A stretch of DNA of 59,748 bases, filler included, from Sphacelaria rigidula (taxonomy: Eukaryota), in the NCBI GenBank assembly GCA_964200075.2. It is 9 parts of 9 records of this genome, joined end to end, with 100 filler letters (N's around TTAATTAATTAA, not from the genome) between each part and the next. Parts side by side here need not be neighbours in the genome. Positions count along the whole stretch, not along the records: positions 46,551 to 53,099 come from CAXNAA020019414.1; positions 53,200 to 59,748 come from CAXNAA020019415.1; 7 more parts are not named here. One strand, given 5' to 3'. The position numbers were made by a program, and so were the translations under genes. Position 1 is the stretch's first letter, and every line of letters begins with the position of its first letter. The notes beneath the pieces are model-generated. The model saw only the letters and a list, made by a program, of their open reading frames with translations. It made no database searches and was not told the origin of the DNA. Of the stretch, positions 47,869-59,748 are shown piece after piece.

Positions 47869-50242
47869 TTAAGGCCCAAAACTACATAATGACATCTTCT
47901 CTGCGGCGGAAGCATGCGGCACAACTGACAGCCAATAATCTGATAATAATTGCTTCCTGGTACTTTTTTGGAACAAGACAGGAATCGTACATGTGCATGC
48001 GGCATGAGTTAGGTATCCTACGCAGTGTCCGACTGCAGAGAGCTTAGGTCGGTGTACTCGGCTAGTGGGCGTGGAGCACTAGCGTGGTGGTGAGCATAAA
48101 GTGTTGAGATAAAATCGTTGTACGGCGTCAGCAGCAAGTGTAGAGCACAGTCCGGGTAGATGGTCGTGATTAACCCCTTCCGGTCCGGTGTACACGACGG
48201 TAATGACATCCAGCAGAGATAGCGCAATAGTTGAACCTGGAGCGTCCAAGCCGACCTGAACACACGACAATGTTCAGGGTATATTGTTCCAGTTGTGACA
48301 CTGAATACTGATAGCTTAGTGGCATTTTGTTGCCGAATGGTCGTTGACTCACATTGTACAAAAATAATACTTGCGGATGGACAAATAACATCAACTTGTC
48401 GCTCTGACGGGGTATAACACACCCTTTCAGCACGGTGAGGTACTGTGCTGTGCGTTACGTCGATGTTTTCCCTTGCCAATCACCCAGAAAATGAAAATCA
48501 CGTACTACTGAGTAAGTATATCGCAATTTGTAGTCAATGGTTGCATGAAATGTGGTGCCTTGTCTCCGCACTTGCATAGAATACCCTACGGTACTGTAAG
48601 GATGTCGAAGGGCTGCGGGAGGGCTGATCCAGTTTTTTGGGCTCTCTCCCCCACAGTAGTGGTGAAAAAAATGCGGAGTAGACCATTTTCACGTGAAGCG
48701 CGATATTGGCGGGACATTCAAAATCGGCACCCGATTTTGAACGCCAAGCCAGAAAATTGTCAGCTGTTCCGTCTTCAGTAAACGAACATGACGCTGCCCA
48801 CACCGATCATTCACATGCTGTGGTTGTCGCTGTTCTGTGTTCGTTTGAACCCTATGAACACGGTTTGATGCGCGCTGGAGGACACCTGAGCTGCTGTACC
48901 GTTGCCGTGTTTCGGTCTGTACAGTATTGGGGTGGGAACAACGTGTTGTCTGTACAAAGTTGAAAATCACGTGATGGCTGTGCAAACGGTCGGGTGTCTT
49001 CTTCGGTACTTCAGTTGTAGTCGGGTGCTGTGATTGGGGAAGACACAAGGCGGGGTGCCTGCATGCTGGGGCAAACAAACCGAGCCAGCACGGACTGCTG
49101 TATACTCAGCGATTGGTTGTCGTAGCCCCCTCTCTCGCAGCGGCGTAACTTGTGGGTCAGTCAAAGCCATTTTGCAACTCATGTGCATCCCGTAGCTCTC
49201 ACCTGATTGGTGGAAAGTTCCCGCATTTCCGTGTTGGGAAAAGCAAGCAGGTTACCGTTTTTCCCCCTCCCTTGAAGTTTCTTGCGGTAGCCATGCCGGT
49301 GGTCGCGTCAGATCATATTGTGCGGGGCGGAGCACCTCAACTCCGCGCAAAAAGGATGATCGTACCGCGCAGTGTTCGAATGGTGAGACACCCGTGAGCC
49401 AGTGTAGCCTGTGGCTCGAGATCGACACCTATGTGCCGGCCTCGTATTTTCACGAGTTGGATGCGGTAGTTCCCGCTCACCGGTTCCGTCAGCTTTGCAT
49501 ATGACGGCGGCCGGTTCGCTCTTTTCCAGGGCACTTTTTTTCCCCCCGCGCGAAGTTCATTCTGCCCTGCACCACGCTTTGTTTTTGTGTCCCCACTCAA
49601 TTTTACAGTTCGGGAATTGGCTCAATTCCCGAACTCACCAATGGCTGTGTTTTGAATCCACCATAGCCCAAGCGGCAGCACGGTGCATAGTATAATATCA
49701 GTGATGGTGAGCAAACTAGTTGATTGATTGATTGATTGGTTGATTATCTCATATTAGCTGATTGCAACACTTGTACAAGGACATGGTTTGTATGCTGTCT
49801 GATGCTATGTCTGCTGCCCCGGGACGTGTAGTTTCTCCTTGTAACCTTGCTTGTTCTGGCCCGCCCTTGTTTTCGAGATCAGGTTCGGGGTGAATTAAAT
49901 CAGCACCTGGCGTCAAGTTTCGATTCATCCGCAGACGGTCCCCGCCGTGGTGCGCCTGACAAGAAAGACTAAAGATACGATGCTGCAGTCCTTCGGAAGG
50001 AGGCGGGGTAAGACCCCAGCAAGGGCGGGGGGCGGCGACAGAAATGTGGTGAGACGCTTGCGTATTACGAGAGCAAAACGCTGGCCATGTATAGTGAATG
50101 GGGGTCCATACACGGTACGGTATTGTGAAGTGCGGCGTGCGGCGTCCCACCACAGTGCCGACAAAACCAATTGTTACCAGTCTCATCCGCTCTACTAATA
50201 CACACGGAATGCACCAGAGTAGTTACCGGCAGGATGGGAGTG

Positions 50243-50555
50243 AAGAACGTTTTCGTGATATTGAGAGCCTAGGATACGATTGAGAATGAATTTTATTATT
50301 TGCTCCAACTTGACCAATTTTTCATTTTGTGTGTGATTATCTTCGCTTGCAACACTGGCGTGTGCTTACAGCTACACGTCTAAATCCTACTCGGGGTCAT
50401 CGGAGGCTTCAGTGGCAAGCTAGTACAGAAAGCGTATTGGGCCTGGTATAAGGCCCGGAGGGACATCTCGAAACTGAAACTATTTTATTCATTAATTGGC
50501 CGCTTCTCACTCTCAATCTTATCCTAGACTCTCAATGTCCAAAAACATCGTTCTT
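50243..50555. mobile_element. MITE-like element with ~45-bp imperfect TIRs
   Basis: ATTGAGAGCCTAGGATACGATTGAGAATGA pairs with TCACTCTCAATCTTATCCTAGACTCTCAAT. Confidence 0.65.
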
Positions 50556-50596
50556 TGTGCTTTGTTCGTAGTCGGTGATTTTTTATTGTTTTCCCA

Positions 50597-51199
50597 CGTG
50601 CCACCGCTCATCCCCGTGAACGTTTAATCCCAAAGTTTGGGGATCGAGGGATAGTAGCATCTGCTCCACATTTTGAAGAAAAAAACGTATCTGCGCTCGA
50701 TATGAATGACCTACGGGCTGACCGGTCCTCGCGGGGTCCGGCAATTTCCGTAGCTGGGTACCTTTTCTCATTTTCTCGCATGTCGAAAGTCGTAGCGTCG
50801 GTAGATGTTGGCAGGAGAAGGCAGGTCGTGCTGACGACACAATCCCCAAGATAGTATTTTGGGGGTGATACGGTGTGGACTTTGATTATCAGGGATGTTA
50901 TTGACTGTCGCTGATCCAGAAGAACACCGTTTTTCGGCTCTAGCACAGTGAAGAGGTGAATATTCAGATTTTTTTCTTCTTACCCTTGTTCACGAGAACG
51001 ATCGGGATTGGTCAATCGAGAAAAAATACCGAAGTGTCGTATCCTGGGGCTGTGTAGTCGCAGGACCCCCGAGGACCAGTCAGCCCGTAAGTCGTTCGAT
51101 GTTGAGTGCAGTTTTTTTTCGACAATATGCAGCGACTGCTGGTATCTCCCGATTCCCAAACTTTGGAATCAAGCGACCACTATGATGAGCGGTGGCACG
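50597..51199. mobile_element. ~600-bp element with long (~150 bp) imperfect inverted arms
   Basis: CGTGCCACCGCTCATC at 50597 and GATGAGCGGTGGCACG ending at 51199. Relatives at about 43115-43400 and 59100-59710. Confidence 0.7.
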
Positions 51200-52527
51200 C
51201 GACTTGACTTTCTAAGATCGTCGAGTACAAACGAATCACACAATTCGCCCTATCCAGCCTGTAAGTACTATACACCAGAGTAGTATGTGCTTCCAGCACA
51301 GTGCAGTGATCCCGGGCTGGCACCCCATCACACTGCGCTGGAACCCCACTGTACCTGGAAAATGACAAGTATAGGCGGAAACCTATCGTGTACGGAACAT
51401 TGATGACTAGACGAGAGCCCTACATATTGTAGTGTCGGATACACAAACGCAAGCGCAATTTTGGCAAATCAGGAAGAAGTCGTTGTAGTACGTCCAACAG
51501 GATTCCAAAGATCCTTTTTCCATAACGGATCCTCTTATCGGGGGAAGCTGGCTACGTGTAGCGTTTGCGCCAGTCGTCGTTGGATACGCAACGTGGTAAC
51601 TCGGAGGGGAAAGCCGGGTCTCTTTTATGTATGTATCCTGGGGTGAAAAACCAACCAAGCGTTTTCGATGTTCTCGTGGCGCTCTTCATTCGTGTACACT
51701 TTCACACCACAACGTCGCGGTTCGCCGCTGCATTTTCCCTGAGAACGGACAGCCTATACGAACACCTTCGATAAAATCTAGCTAGAGTACTGCAAACCTG
51801 TGCTCTGTGGGGCTTTCCGTGCGGCTAGGTAGAGCCCGGAGCGACCAGCGACCGGCGCTTCAAGGGACCAGATGCCTCGACGCCGATACATCAGCTCGTA
51901 TACTATGTGTACTTCATGAAAGGTTAAGCACACGCCGCATGGGAAGGCTATCTCTACTTTTACCCCCACCCACCCCCCGCTGGTCAACCTTGGCACCCCT
52001 GTCCTTTCTCGGGACGAGTCGCTGGCCTCAAGGGATCAAGCCGCCTCTCCTCTCGCAAACGCCCAGTATTTTGGTAGGTTGATTGATTGATAATCTCACA
52101 TTCGCTGATTGCAACAATCCAGCCCGTGGTGAGGAGCACCAAAAAAAAGAAATAGAATAGGAAAGAAAAGAAGGGAAGAAACATAAAAAGGACAGAAGCA
52201 ACAGCCACAGAAAAGGAAGAAGAAAGAAAGCAGCGACAACATCAACAACAACAACAACAACAACAATAGCAATAACAACAACACAACAAACAGCAAGTTG
52301 GTATCGCGTACTGGATCATGAACATCACTCTCTGACCGCGTCGACCGACTCTTGTCAACTATTTTTTGCTTCTAACGTCCCCATGTTTTCGACGAAGGAA
52401 ATCAGATGCTTCTCATAAAAAAAATGCAACGGCATCTGGCAGTTTTCCCGACTTGATTGTATTCAGCACCAATTGGACCGCCGAGGCGCTACGCCTGATC
52501 TTCTACATCTCTCTTCCCATTCTTGCA

Positions 52528-52571
<44 letters not shown>

Positions 52572-52583
52572 TCCCGAAAACAG

Positions 52584-52745
52584 AGAGGAAATACGCAGCG
52601 AGCGTTGGACGGCAACCTGGATTTTATGGACGGGATGATCATGGGGACAGGAGACAAGGGCGGTGCGGGAGAGAAGCAGTTGTCGCACAAGGAGTGGACG
52701 AAGGAGCCCTTCCCCGATGACTTTGACGATGACGACCTCGAATGA
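52584..52745 (+). CDS. Terminal exon with acidic tail resembling COP9 signalosome subunit 9 (CSN9/CSNAP, MYEOV2 family)
   Basis: (CT)n polypyrimidine tract, aaaacAG| (alternative acceptor at 52599), then ...GEKQLSHKEWTKEPFPDDFDDDDLE*. The exon call is firmer than the family call. Confidence 0.5.
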   Translation, partial: RGNTQRALDGNLDFMDGMIMGTGDKGGAGEKQLSHKEWTKEPFPDDFDDDDLE

Positions 52746-54505
52746 AGAGACATATGCATGTTCCCGCAGTCACCCCCCATGGTTGTGGGGAGCTTTTTTT
52801 GTCGCTCTTCGTTTCGGGCATCCTTTTAGTATTTTGGAAAACATATAATGTTTGCTTGTATTGTGTCCGGGTATCCTGTTTCCGCTGTCCAGAACCCAAA
52901 GTCGCCCGGCGGTGGATGGACATGTCGGGTTATGTGCTACCACGGGCGCCGATTGAGTTTAGCACGCAGGGTGTGTGTCCGGAGAGGGGGGGGGGGGGGG
53001 GGGTGTACTCATGATATTGTACTTTCTCTGTCCCATAAGTCTGGGGAGTTATGTTTGTACAAGCCCTTAACGGTGTCGGATGTCTTCGGCGATAATCTTN
53101 NNNNNNNNNNNNNNNNNNNNNNNNNNNNNNNNNNNNNNNNNNNTTAATTAATTAANNNNNNNNNNNNNNNNNNNNNNNNNNNNNNNNNNNNNNNNNNNNT
53201 ACGAAGATTTTAATCCTCCGGGTTCTCATCCTCAATCAAAAGCATCATCATCCTCAACATAGATGATTGGCTGTTTTAAAGCGAATGATCAAAGCCACTC
53301 TCAATCGTATCATCTGCTCTCAATCTCACGAAAACACTGTTTAACCTGGCCCACGTACAGTGTGCATTTTCACAAGTCCGTATGTTGGATGTAGCAACCC
53401 GCGGGCATATAAAACATGAAGTACGTACAGTATATTTTATTATTCCGAGTGGTTCCATGGAAGAGCTGCAAATTTTCCCAAAAGATGTGCACTGTCGACG
53501 CATCCGAATGAAGTATACAATAAACAGTATTCAGTACTCCTCACCCGCCAACCCATATGGCCCTGATACAATGTGCATGGTTACAAGTCCGTATGTCGAC
53601 ACTCGAGTGTAGCAGCTACACGAAGTACATGTTATTATTGGCGCTGCACACATACATGGCATCATGACTGATCTCTACGGTCCGTGTGATTCGTACATAT
53701 ATTTCTGATGGTGATCCGGATGTCCCGAGTCCGTACAAACCTGCCACGAATGGTCTGTATGATCTGTTAAACCGTGCATCACCTCCTTGGGCACACCTGT
53801 GTGATCCGAATCAGGTGTATTATAGGAAACGTCAAGAAGAACCTGTGCATAGTTAAAACCGGTACAAGATACCTCCCTCCTTGATCGATGATATCCGCAT
53901 CACCAGGACCGTTCCATAACTAGTTGCGCACTGTATAATCCGAATCGGGTACACCGGTGTGTTTGCACTTGAGCTGTATAGCGTGCGTCCTATGAAAAGT
54001 TATCCGTCCGACGTGTGAAATAGACAATTTCAGCCTACATCAAGCCGGCATTTTTTCACTTCAGGGTCGTGAAATAATCCCGATGTAAAGTCTTGGTCCC
54101 GGACCGCGGGTCTGAACATATTTTAAGCATTTTTACATTTGTTGTATTCTTCCACATTCCGATATGCACAACAACATCCACAGCTGCTACACCCCTAGAT
54201 TGCTGTCACTCGAACGCCCAGATTACAGCGGAAAATTACTCAGTGCTCTTATCCTATTTCAAGTTAAGGTTAGCAGGGCTGTGTTTTAGCGGTATCAGTT
54301 CTGTTAAGCTGCTCATACTGTACGTCGTGAACTGCGGAGGAAACACCTGTGCAGCACAGCACCACATTAGCCGTGGTACTCTGTCGTACGAGGCATTTCA
54401 CTTCCCGCACAAACGGAGAGGCTGAAGCGAGGAGCGCACCGTGCTGTGAGAGAGACAGAGACTGACAGGCAGACAGGCAGACATCGAGAAAGACGGAAAG
54501 ACTCA

Positions 54506-54628
54506 ATGGCGAAGGCCCTGTTGCTGAATGCGCTGCATGATGCACTGGCAGACTATGTCCTCGGCCTGTCTCCTGAGAAGCTCAAGGTTGGCGTGTGGTC
54601 TGGCAAGATCGTGCTCGACGACCTCCAG
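54506..54628 (+). CDS. VPS13: VPS13-family lipid transfer protein, exon 1 (Chorein_N)
   Basis: MAKALLLNALHDALADYVLGLSPEKLKVGVWSGKIVLDDLQ|GTgggc: typical Chorein_N start. Confidence 0.92.
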
Positions 54629-55552
54629 GTGGGCGAGAGTAGAGCACCCATTATCTGTAATCTCGTCACTGTAAAGCTGAAGGTTTAATGCTGTAGATGA
54701 ACACGTGTATAGCAACCCTACAGCACACCTCTTTGGAATGTGAATGAACATGTCTCACTTGTACATGTACAGTATTCCCCATACTGTACCCTCATGTAGT
54801 TTGACCGCATCTCAGCAGGATAAAAACTCCGAGTAGTTGAGGTTACGGTTACATAATGCATACAGCGTTTGCCTCTGTGGAGTCAGGCCGTGTCATACCA
54901 AATTGTTTTCGTGTCGAAAACGTGCGGTCGAATCGAATTGCTCGTTTCTGATTCGTCCACGCTACCAATTTTCTGAGATACTGGAGAACACGAATGCCGT
55001 GGACGTCTCAGGCACGAGCAAATTTGATTCCACCGTACGTTTTCGGGTCAAAAACAACTTGATGAGACACGGCCTCAGTCCATCAAAGTTCAACAAAAAC
55101 AGTTCAATCGACTCATGACTCATGTATCTCCTGCGGTCGGGTGATTATTTTCCTATTTTCTGGTATGATCATTTTTTTTATATTTTGCGTTGTGACATGT
55201 GGCGGCGCCTTTGGCCGCAAAACAGGAAAAATCATCAGGCGTCTGCGCCACCATAAATCACCCCAATGAGAAGAGTCTGACCCAGGTTCATCAAAAGCTC
55301 AGAGGTTTCGGAAAGGGCCCCTTTACCACAATCCAACCGTTCATGCAAATAAATTAGTGTCCAAGATAAGGTGTTGACGCAGCATGACAACAGTACAGTA
55401 TGACCCAACTGGGCCGTCATTTCCCTTATACAGAGTTTGATTTGAAACGATAAGAGTATTGTGGGATTTTTTTTAGCCTACATTTATGGTCCCCTTCTTT
55501 CTAATTTTTGGAATCCAGGAATATGCGTGGAAGGAACAAGGATGCCCATTTA

Positions 55553-55789
55553 CCCTTTTGGGACCGACCCCCCGCCAACACGGGGTTGACCATGTGTTCG
55601 TGAAATCTACCCAATCACGGCGAGGCGAAACTTATCGACCAGAAAAAAAAACGGTCTTTCTCCTAACCCTGCAGGCGGCGGTTTCATACTACGTTGATTT
55701 TCACATGAAGCCACCGTTTCGTGCGGACGCCATACACGTCATTCCTAACCAGCCTCATCGGCCGTTATGGAGGCTCGCCCCCAAAAGGG
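55553..55789. mobile_element. piggyBac-type MITE in VPS13 intron 1
   Basis: TTTA|CCCTTTTGGG...CCCAAAAGGG|TTGA (degenerate TTAA flanks), 237 bp. Confidence 0.6.
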
Positions 55790-56593
55790 TTGATACACGA
55801 AATCGGAAATGAGAAGTTTTGCCCCTGTACAACAAGCGGCGTCGAAGGACGATACACGGCTGCACTGCCATCTCTTGGATGTTTTATGTTTATATAAACA
55901 GCACTTTGTTCCCACCCCAATTCTCTCCAGACCGGAACACAGAAGCAGTACATCAGCTCAGGCAATCTCCAGCGCTGATCAAAACGTGTCCGTAGGATTC
56001 AAACGCACTACAACAGCTACAACTACATCATAGCAATGATTGCTGTGGGCACGAGGCTCCTTGTTCGTTTTGTGGAGGACGCAACAGCCAACGCACCGTG
56101 ATGCTTATTCTCAATATTGTGTAGACGGTAGTATGTTCCGACTACAATTTGTCAACCGATGGAGGAACTAACAGCACAGCAGCTCAGGCCATCCGTGGCG
56201 CAGATCAACCCGTGTTCGCAGAGTTCAAACGTACGACAGACACACTTCGCGGTGTCTGACACTTGCGGTGTCTGTTACAACACCGACGGTTATCTGTGTG
56301 TGTGCAACACGATTTTACGAGTGCCAAGTTGTGTTTCTTCTTTCTGAAGGCGACGAAGGTAAGGCTCAGAGAAACGCACACGCTGTCGAAGTCTCATTTT
56401 AGATTGAACCTCGGAGATGAATGATCGCCATCATGTTTGTCCTGAGCGATCACTTTTTCGTTTGCCGCGCTTCGCCGCTGAATATATACTGCTGCTGCTG
56501 CTACCCTAGTCGCTGCTCCTGTCCGAGGATATTGTTGCGTGGTGTTGTAACACCCAACCTCACACTTGCTTCTTCTTTTTTTGTCTTGCTAAG

Positions 56594-56665
56594 GTCAACC
56601 CCGAGGCGGTGAACCAGTTGCGATTGCCGGTGACCATTCTCCACGGGACGGTCAAGAAACTCGAG
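56594..56665 (+). CDS. VPS13: VPS13-family protein, exon 2
   Basis: ttgctaAG|VNPEAVNQLRLPVTILHGTVKKLE|GTacgt, phase 0, continuing Chorein_N. Confidence 0.9.
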
Positions 56666-57894
56666 GTACGTCCACTTCCCCATTCTCCATCTTTCAGTTT
56701 TGCCGCATGTGCTACGTTCTACGACGTCAACATGCCTGGAGCAACTGTAGTCCGCCTTGACATAAAATGCTGCGCACATATTCACGGCAACGTGCTGTGA
56801 GTAGGGCAGCTCATGATTCGTACGCGTTGACTACTTCCGAATCACAGAGGTGAAGAAATACATCTTCCACGTAGTGGCGCACGAATAATCAGTTCAAAGC
56901 ATGTACCCTTTATTCATGCTGCATGACTTACTGGTGAGGAAAACGTAACTCGGATATATCCCTTGCGAGTCACAAGTGGGGGGAAATTTGCGTTTGATTG
57001 CATGACGAGTAAGTCACGTAGAGCTGGTGGGTTGGAAACATGTGCAGAATACTCGTGCGGTATGAATCACAGGGGGGGGAGAAATTGTGCGTTCGAAGTA
57101 CTACGGCACGAATGAAAAGCCCAAAATATGTACCCCATGTGCGGGTTCACGCTTCCAACCCATAGTTCGCTAGTGCGCAAATGTTCACGTCGATTCATGT
57201 AGTTAGACTCGAAATATTCACACACATGAATACTGTGGGTTTTTCGAAACTTTCAAGGAAGGGAAACAGGGAGTGCTATTAAAGAACCCTAGGGGAACAT
57301 GCCCTTTTTGGACCCCGAAATCCAACGAAAAGGTGAAAAAAAAAATAACATTTAAAGAATCGCCTAGTGTTCGGAAATATCCCGTAGTATCTGTGTGCCA
57401 TTTTTTAGAGTCTGACTCGAAGAATCCGCCTAAATATTCGGGCTCATGTGCGACAAATGAGCTTGATAAGTACAATCTGCTCACTACCCCGTTTTAGTAT
57501 TAGAATGACGTTCTCGGGTACGTTTGACGTTAAAACTGCGCCAGTGCATTAGGTTTTTGAGTTACGCAACGACATTTCGTATACAATGTTCCATGGACTA
57601 CGCCGGGACGCATGAAATGTTTTGTGAAGGCGTTCCTTACGGACTTGCGGGAGTCTTCTCGCGGGAACCCCTGGAATCCGGTGAACGGCGGAGAAATCTT
57701 GATTTGTTTTAAAAAATTCAACTCCCTCCCGATCTGCGGTTTTTGACGGCGGTCGAAGCTTTCCTGCGACAGGTACCGTCGGTAGCCTTTCTGGGTCTTT
57801 GATGCGTATGACCAGGGGAAGTCCGACGACGCCAAAACCCCACATCACCGAAGTACGACGGTTATTAATATAATTCGATCCCATGGAAACCTTG

Positions 57895-58099
57895 CAAGGG
57901 CAGGTCGAGTAGAGTATACTCAATTGCGGGGTATTTTGAAAGACTTACGCGGGGTACTCGAATTAGGGTAGAGTGTTGGGAGTCGTACCAAAAAAATACC
58001 TGGGACGCGATTCCTGGAACCCTACCTCCAATTTGTGTACTTCAAGTACGACTTGCGAAATACCCCGCAATTGAGTATACTCTACCCGACTTAACCCTG
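57895..58099. mobile_element. hAT-type MITE in VPS13 intron 2
   Basis: AAACCTTG|CAAGGG..GTCGAGTAGAGTATACTCAATTGCGGGGTATTT...AAATACCCCGCAATTGAGTATACTCTACCCGAC..CCCTG|AAACCTTA: 8-bp TSD matching at 7 of 8 positions. Confidence 0.75.
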
Positions 58100-58627
58100 A
58101 AACCTTATTCAAAACTGTCTTTTCCCACTAGGTTAGCTGGTGACGATCACTTCACTGTGAAGCATGTGTACGTTAGGTGAAAATTGTGGTGGGGGTTCGT
58201 ATTTCGAAATTCAGAACAATTTGAAGGCCGCTGATTGGTCGAGGTATCATTTCGCTCTTTTTTTCTGCCGTTAGAGCCGTCAATATGGTCTTGAACGAAA
58301 ATCCGGCTGTGTTACCTTCTTCAGTTGCCCATAGCGGTCAGTATGATACCCTGTGTTGCGGAGGACACGCTAGTGTACATTGTGTGGTTCACAGTCACCC
58401 AACCTTCTGCTAGCTATGCGGATACGTGAGGATGGGAAGTCGTGAAAAATTATCCTATTTTTTCCCCATCATCTTGACTGGTACATTCGACTTGGCCATG
58501 TTTCACATATGCTCCATTTTTTTCGTGTATTCGGATGCGCATTGAAGACATATGTGTACGTCACTCACCCATAACAATTTGCAGTATTATATATGTGCGC
58601 TACATCTGTCTCCCTTCGCTCATTTAG

Positions 58628-58837
58628 GTGCACATTCCGTGGGCACAACTGGGCAGCAAGGCAGTCAAAGTTTTCATAGAGGGAGTTGGCGTCTTGGCCG
58701 CACCGGTGGATAAAGACTCGTGGGACGACGAGGAGGTTTCCGCGCGAACACTGGATATCAAGAGGAAGTGGCTGGAGAAGACCGAGAACGAGTTCTTGAA
58801 CAGGAAGGATGGGAAAGACGAAGAGGACTCTAACAAA
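58628..58837 (+). CDS. VPS13: VPS13-family protein, exon 3 (gene continues beyond the window)
   Basis: catttAG|VHIPWAQLGSKAVKVFIEGVGVLAAP...DEEDSNK|GTaggc, containing the IPW..L...V.V.I Chorein_N motif. Confidence 0.9.
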
Positions 58838-59099
58838 GTAGGCGGTTCCCCTGCATAGATAAATGCATTCGAAACCTAGAGAAATTAGACAGAAAATACA
58901 ATAGTGATGGTGTCAATGGAGGCGTTTTCTTTGCAGATAAACCCATCTTGGGACATTCGAAGTAAAGTAGTCAGCATCAGAAGTTTTCAGAATTCGTAGT
59001 TGTCCTATTTTTTTAGTTTTTCTGGAGTTCTATTATTCACTTCTACTTGAGAGTGCTAGCGCCGGTAGATTTGGGGAGAAAGCGTAGACCGCGCTTAAA

Positions 59100-59710
59100 C
59101 TGCAGTGCTCAAGTTGGTGTTGTTGGGGCGATAATGTACGGACTTGATACCCCGTTCATCAGGAGGGTGTTATTGACCGTTTTTGGTTCAATATAAGCAG
59201 TTTTCCCGCTCTTCAGCGACGAAACGGTAAATATTCAGATAAATGAATACGTAAAAAATTCTTCACAAAAACGATCGAAATCGTGTTTCCCTCCCATACT
59301 GCACAGACCTCAGTCTAGCATTTTCTGCGAATGGCCTATTTTCGGGGTTTTTTCGCATGACATTTTCCATTAGCACTCGAAAGTGCTAGCGTCGATAGTT
59401 TTGGCAAAATAAACAAACCGTGCTCAAATCACAATCGCCCAAGTTGGTGTCGTGGCGGCGATACCGGGTAAAGACCCCGTTTATCTGAAGGGTGTTATTG
59501 ACCGTAAATGATTCAAGAGACATGGTTTTCCCGCTTTAGCACTGTGACTAGGTGGAATTAAAAATATATGTATCCTTTTTGAGTCTTCATTTACATGATC
59601 CGGATCGATTCGGTCCACCGAAAATACCGAAAAGCCAGAGCCTGGGGTCGTATTTTCGCAGGCCCCCCGAAGATCGATCAAGCCCGTAAGCCACTCATTA
59701 TTGATCGCAG
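59100..59710 (+). repeat. Dispersed repeat related to 50597-51199, with an internal ~330-bp-period duplication
   Basis: CAAGTTGGTGT...CCCCGTT.ATC..AGGGTGTTATTGACCGT occurs at 59110 and 59440. 59620-59690 aligns with 51020-51090. Confidence 0.65.
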
Positions 59711-59748
59711 ATAATTTTTCGTTCAATATCTGTCAGGAGGTATAAAAT

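Noticed and set aside
52584..54628. Linkage of the CSN9-like exon with VPS13
   Set aside because: They are separated by the artificial spacer at 53100-53199.
1..59748. Endogenous giant-virus insertion or prokaryotic contamination
   Set aside because: No dense intronless ORF arrays and no capsid, polymerase or operon-like signatures. Repeat families shared between contigs occur throughout.

Overview
Repeat-rich, intron-rich eukaryotic DNA, most consistent with a brown alga (Phaeophyceae). That taxon call is an inference from short GT-AG exons in long introns, a bipartite plastid-targeting presequence and TTAGGG-type repeats. The window is not one locus. Eight identical 100-bp spacers (N44-TTAATTAATTAA-N44) recur every 6650/6649 bp, so it is nine 6550/6549-bp contigs concatenated by size, and nothing can be linked across spacers. 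Host-gene fragments: the first three exons of a VPS13/Chorein_N gene, exon 1 of a plastid-targeted BASS/SLC10 symporter, one carbohydrate-sulfotransferase exon, a last exon resembling the CSN9/CSNAP acidic tail, a Cys-rich exon and a coiled-coil exon. Much of the rest is mobile DNA: decayed APE/RT LINEs, an RTE-type RT fragment, a chromodomain Ty3/Gypsy integrase interrupted by a gag-only LTR element, a tRNA-derived SINE, many (often nested) MITE families and a 63-bp minisatellite. The most unusual signal is a LINE family whose 3' end is ATGAGTAC(G/A) plus a poly(C) run rather than poly(A). The same terminal motif caps at least three other, unrelated-looking repeats. No database search was possible, so novelty is unverified.
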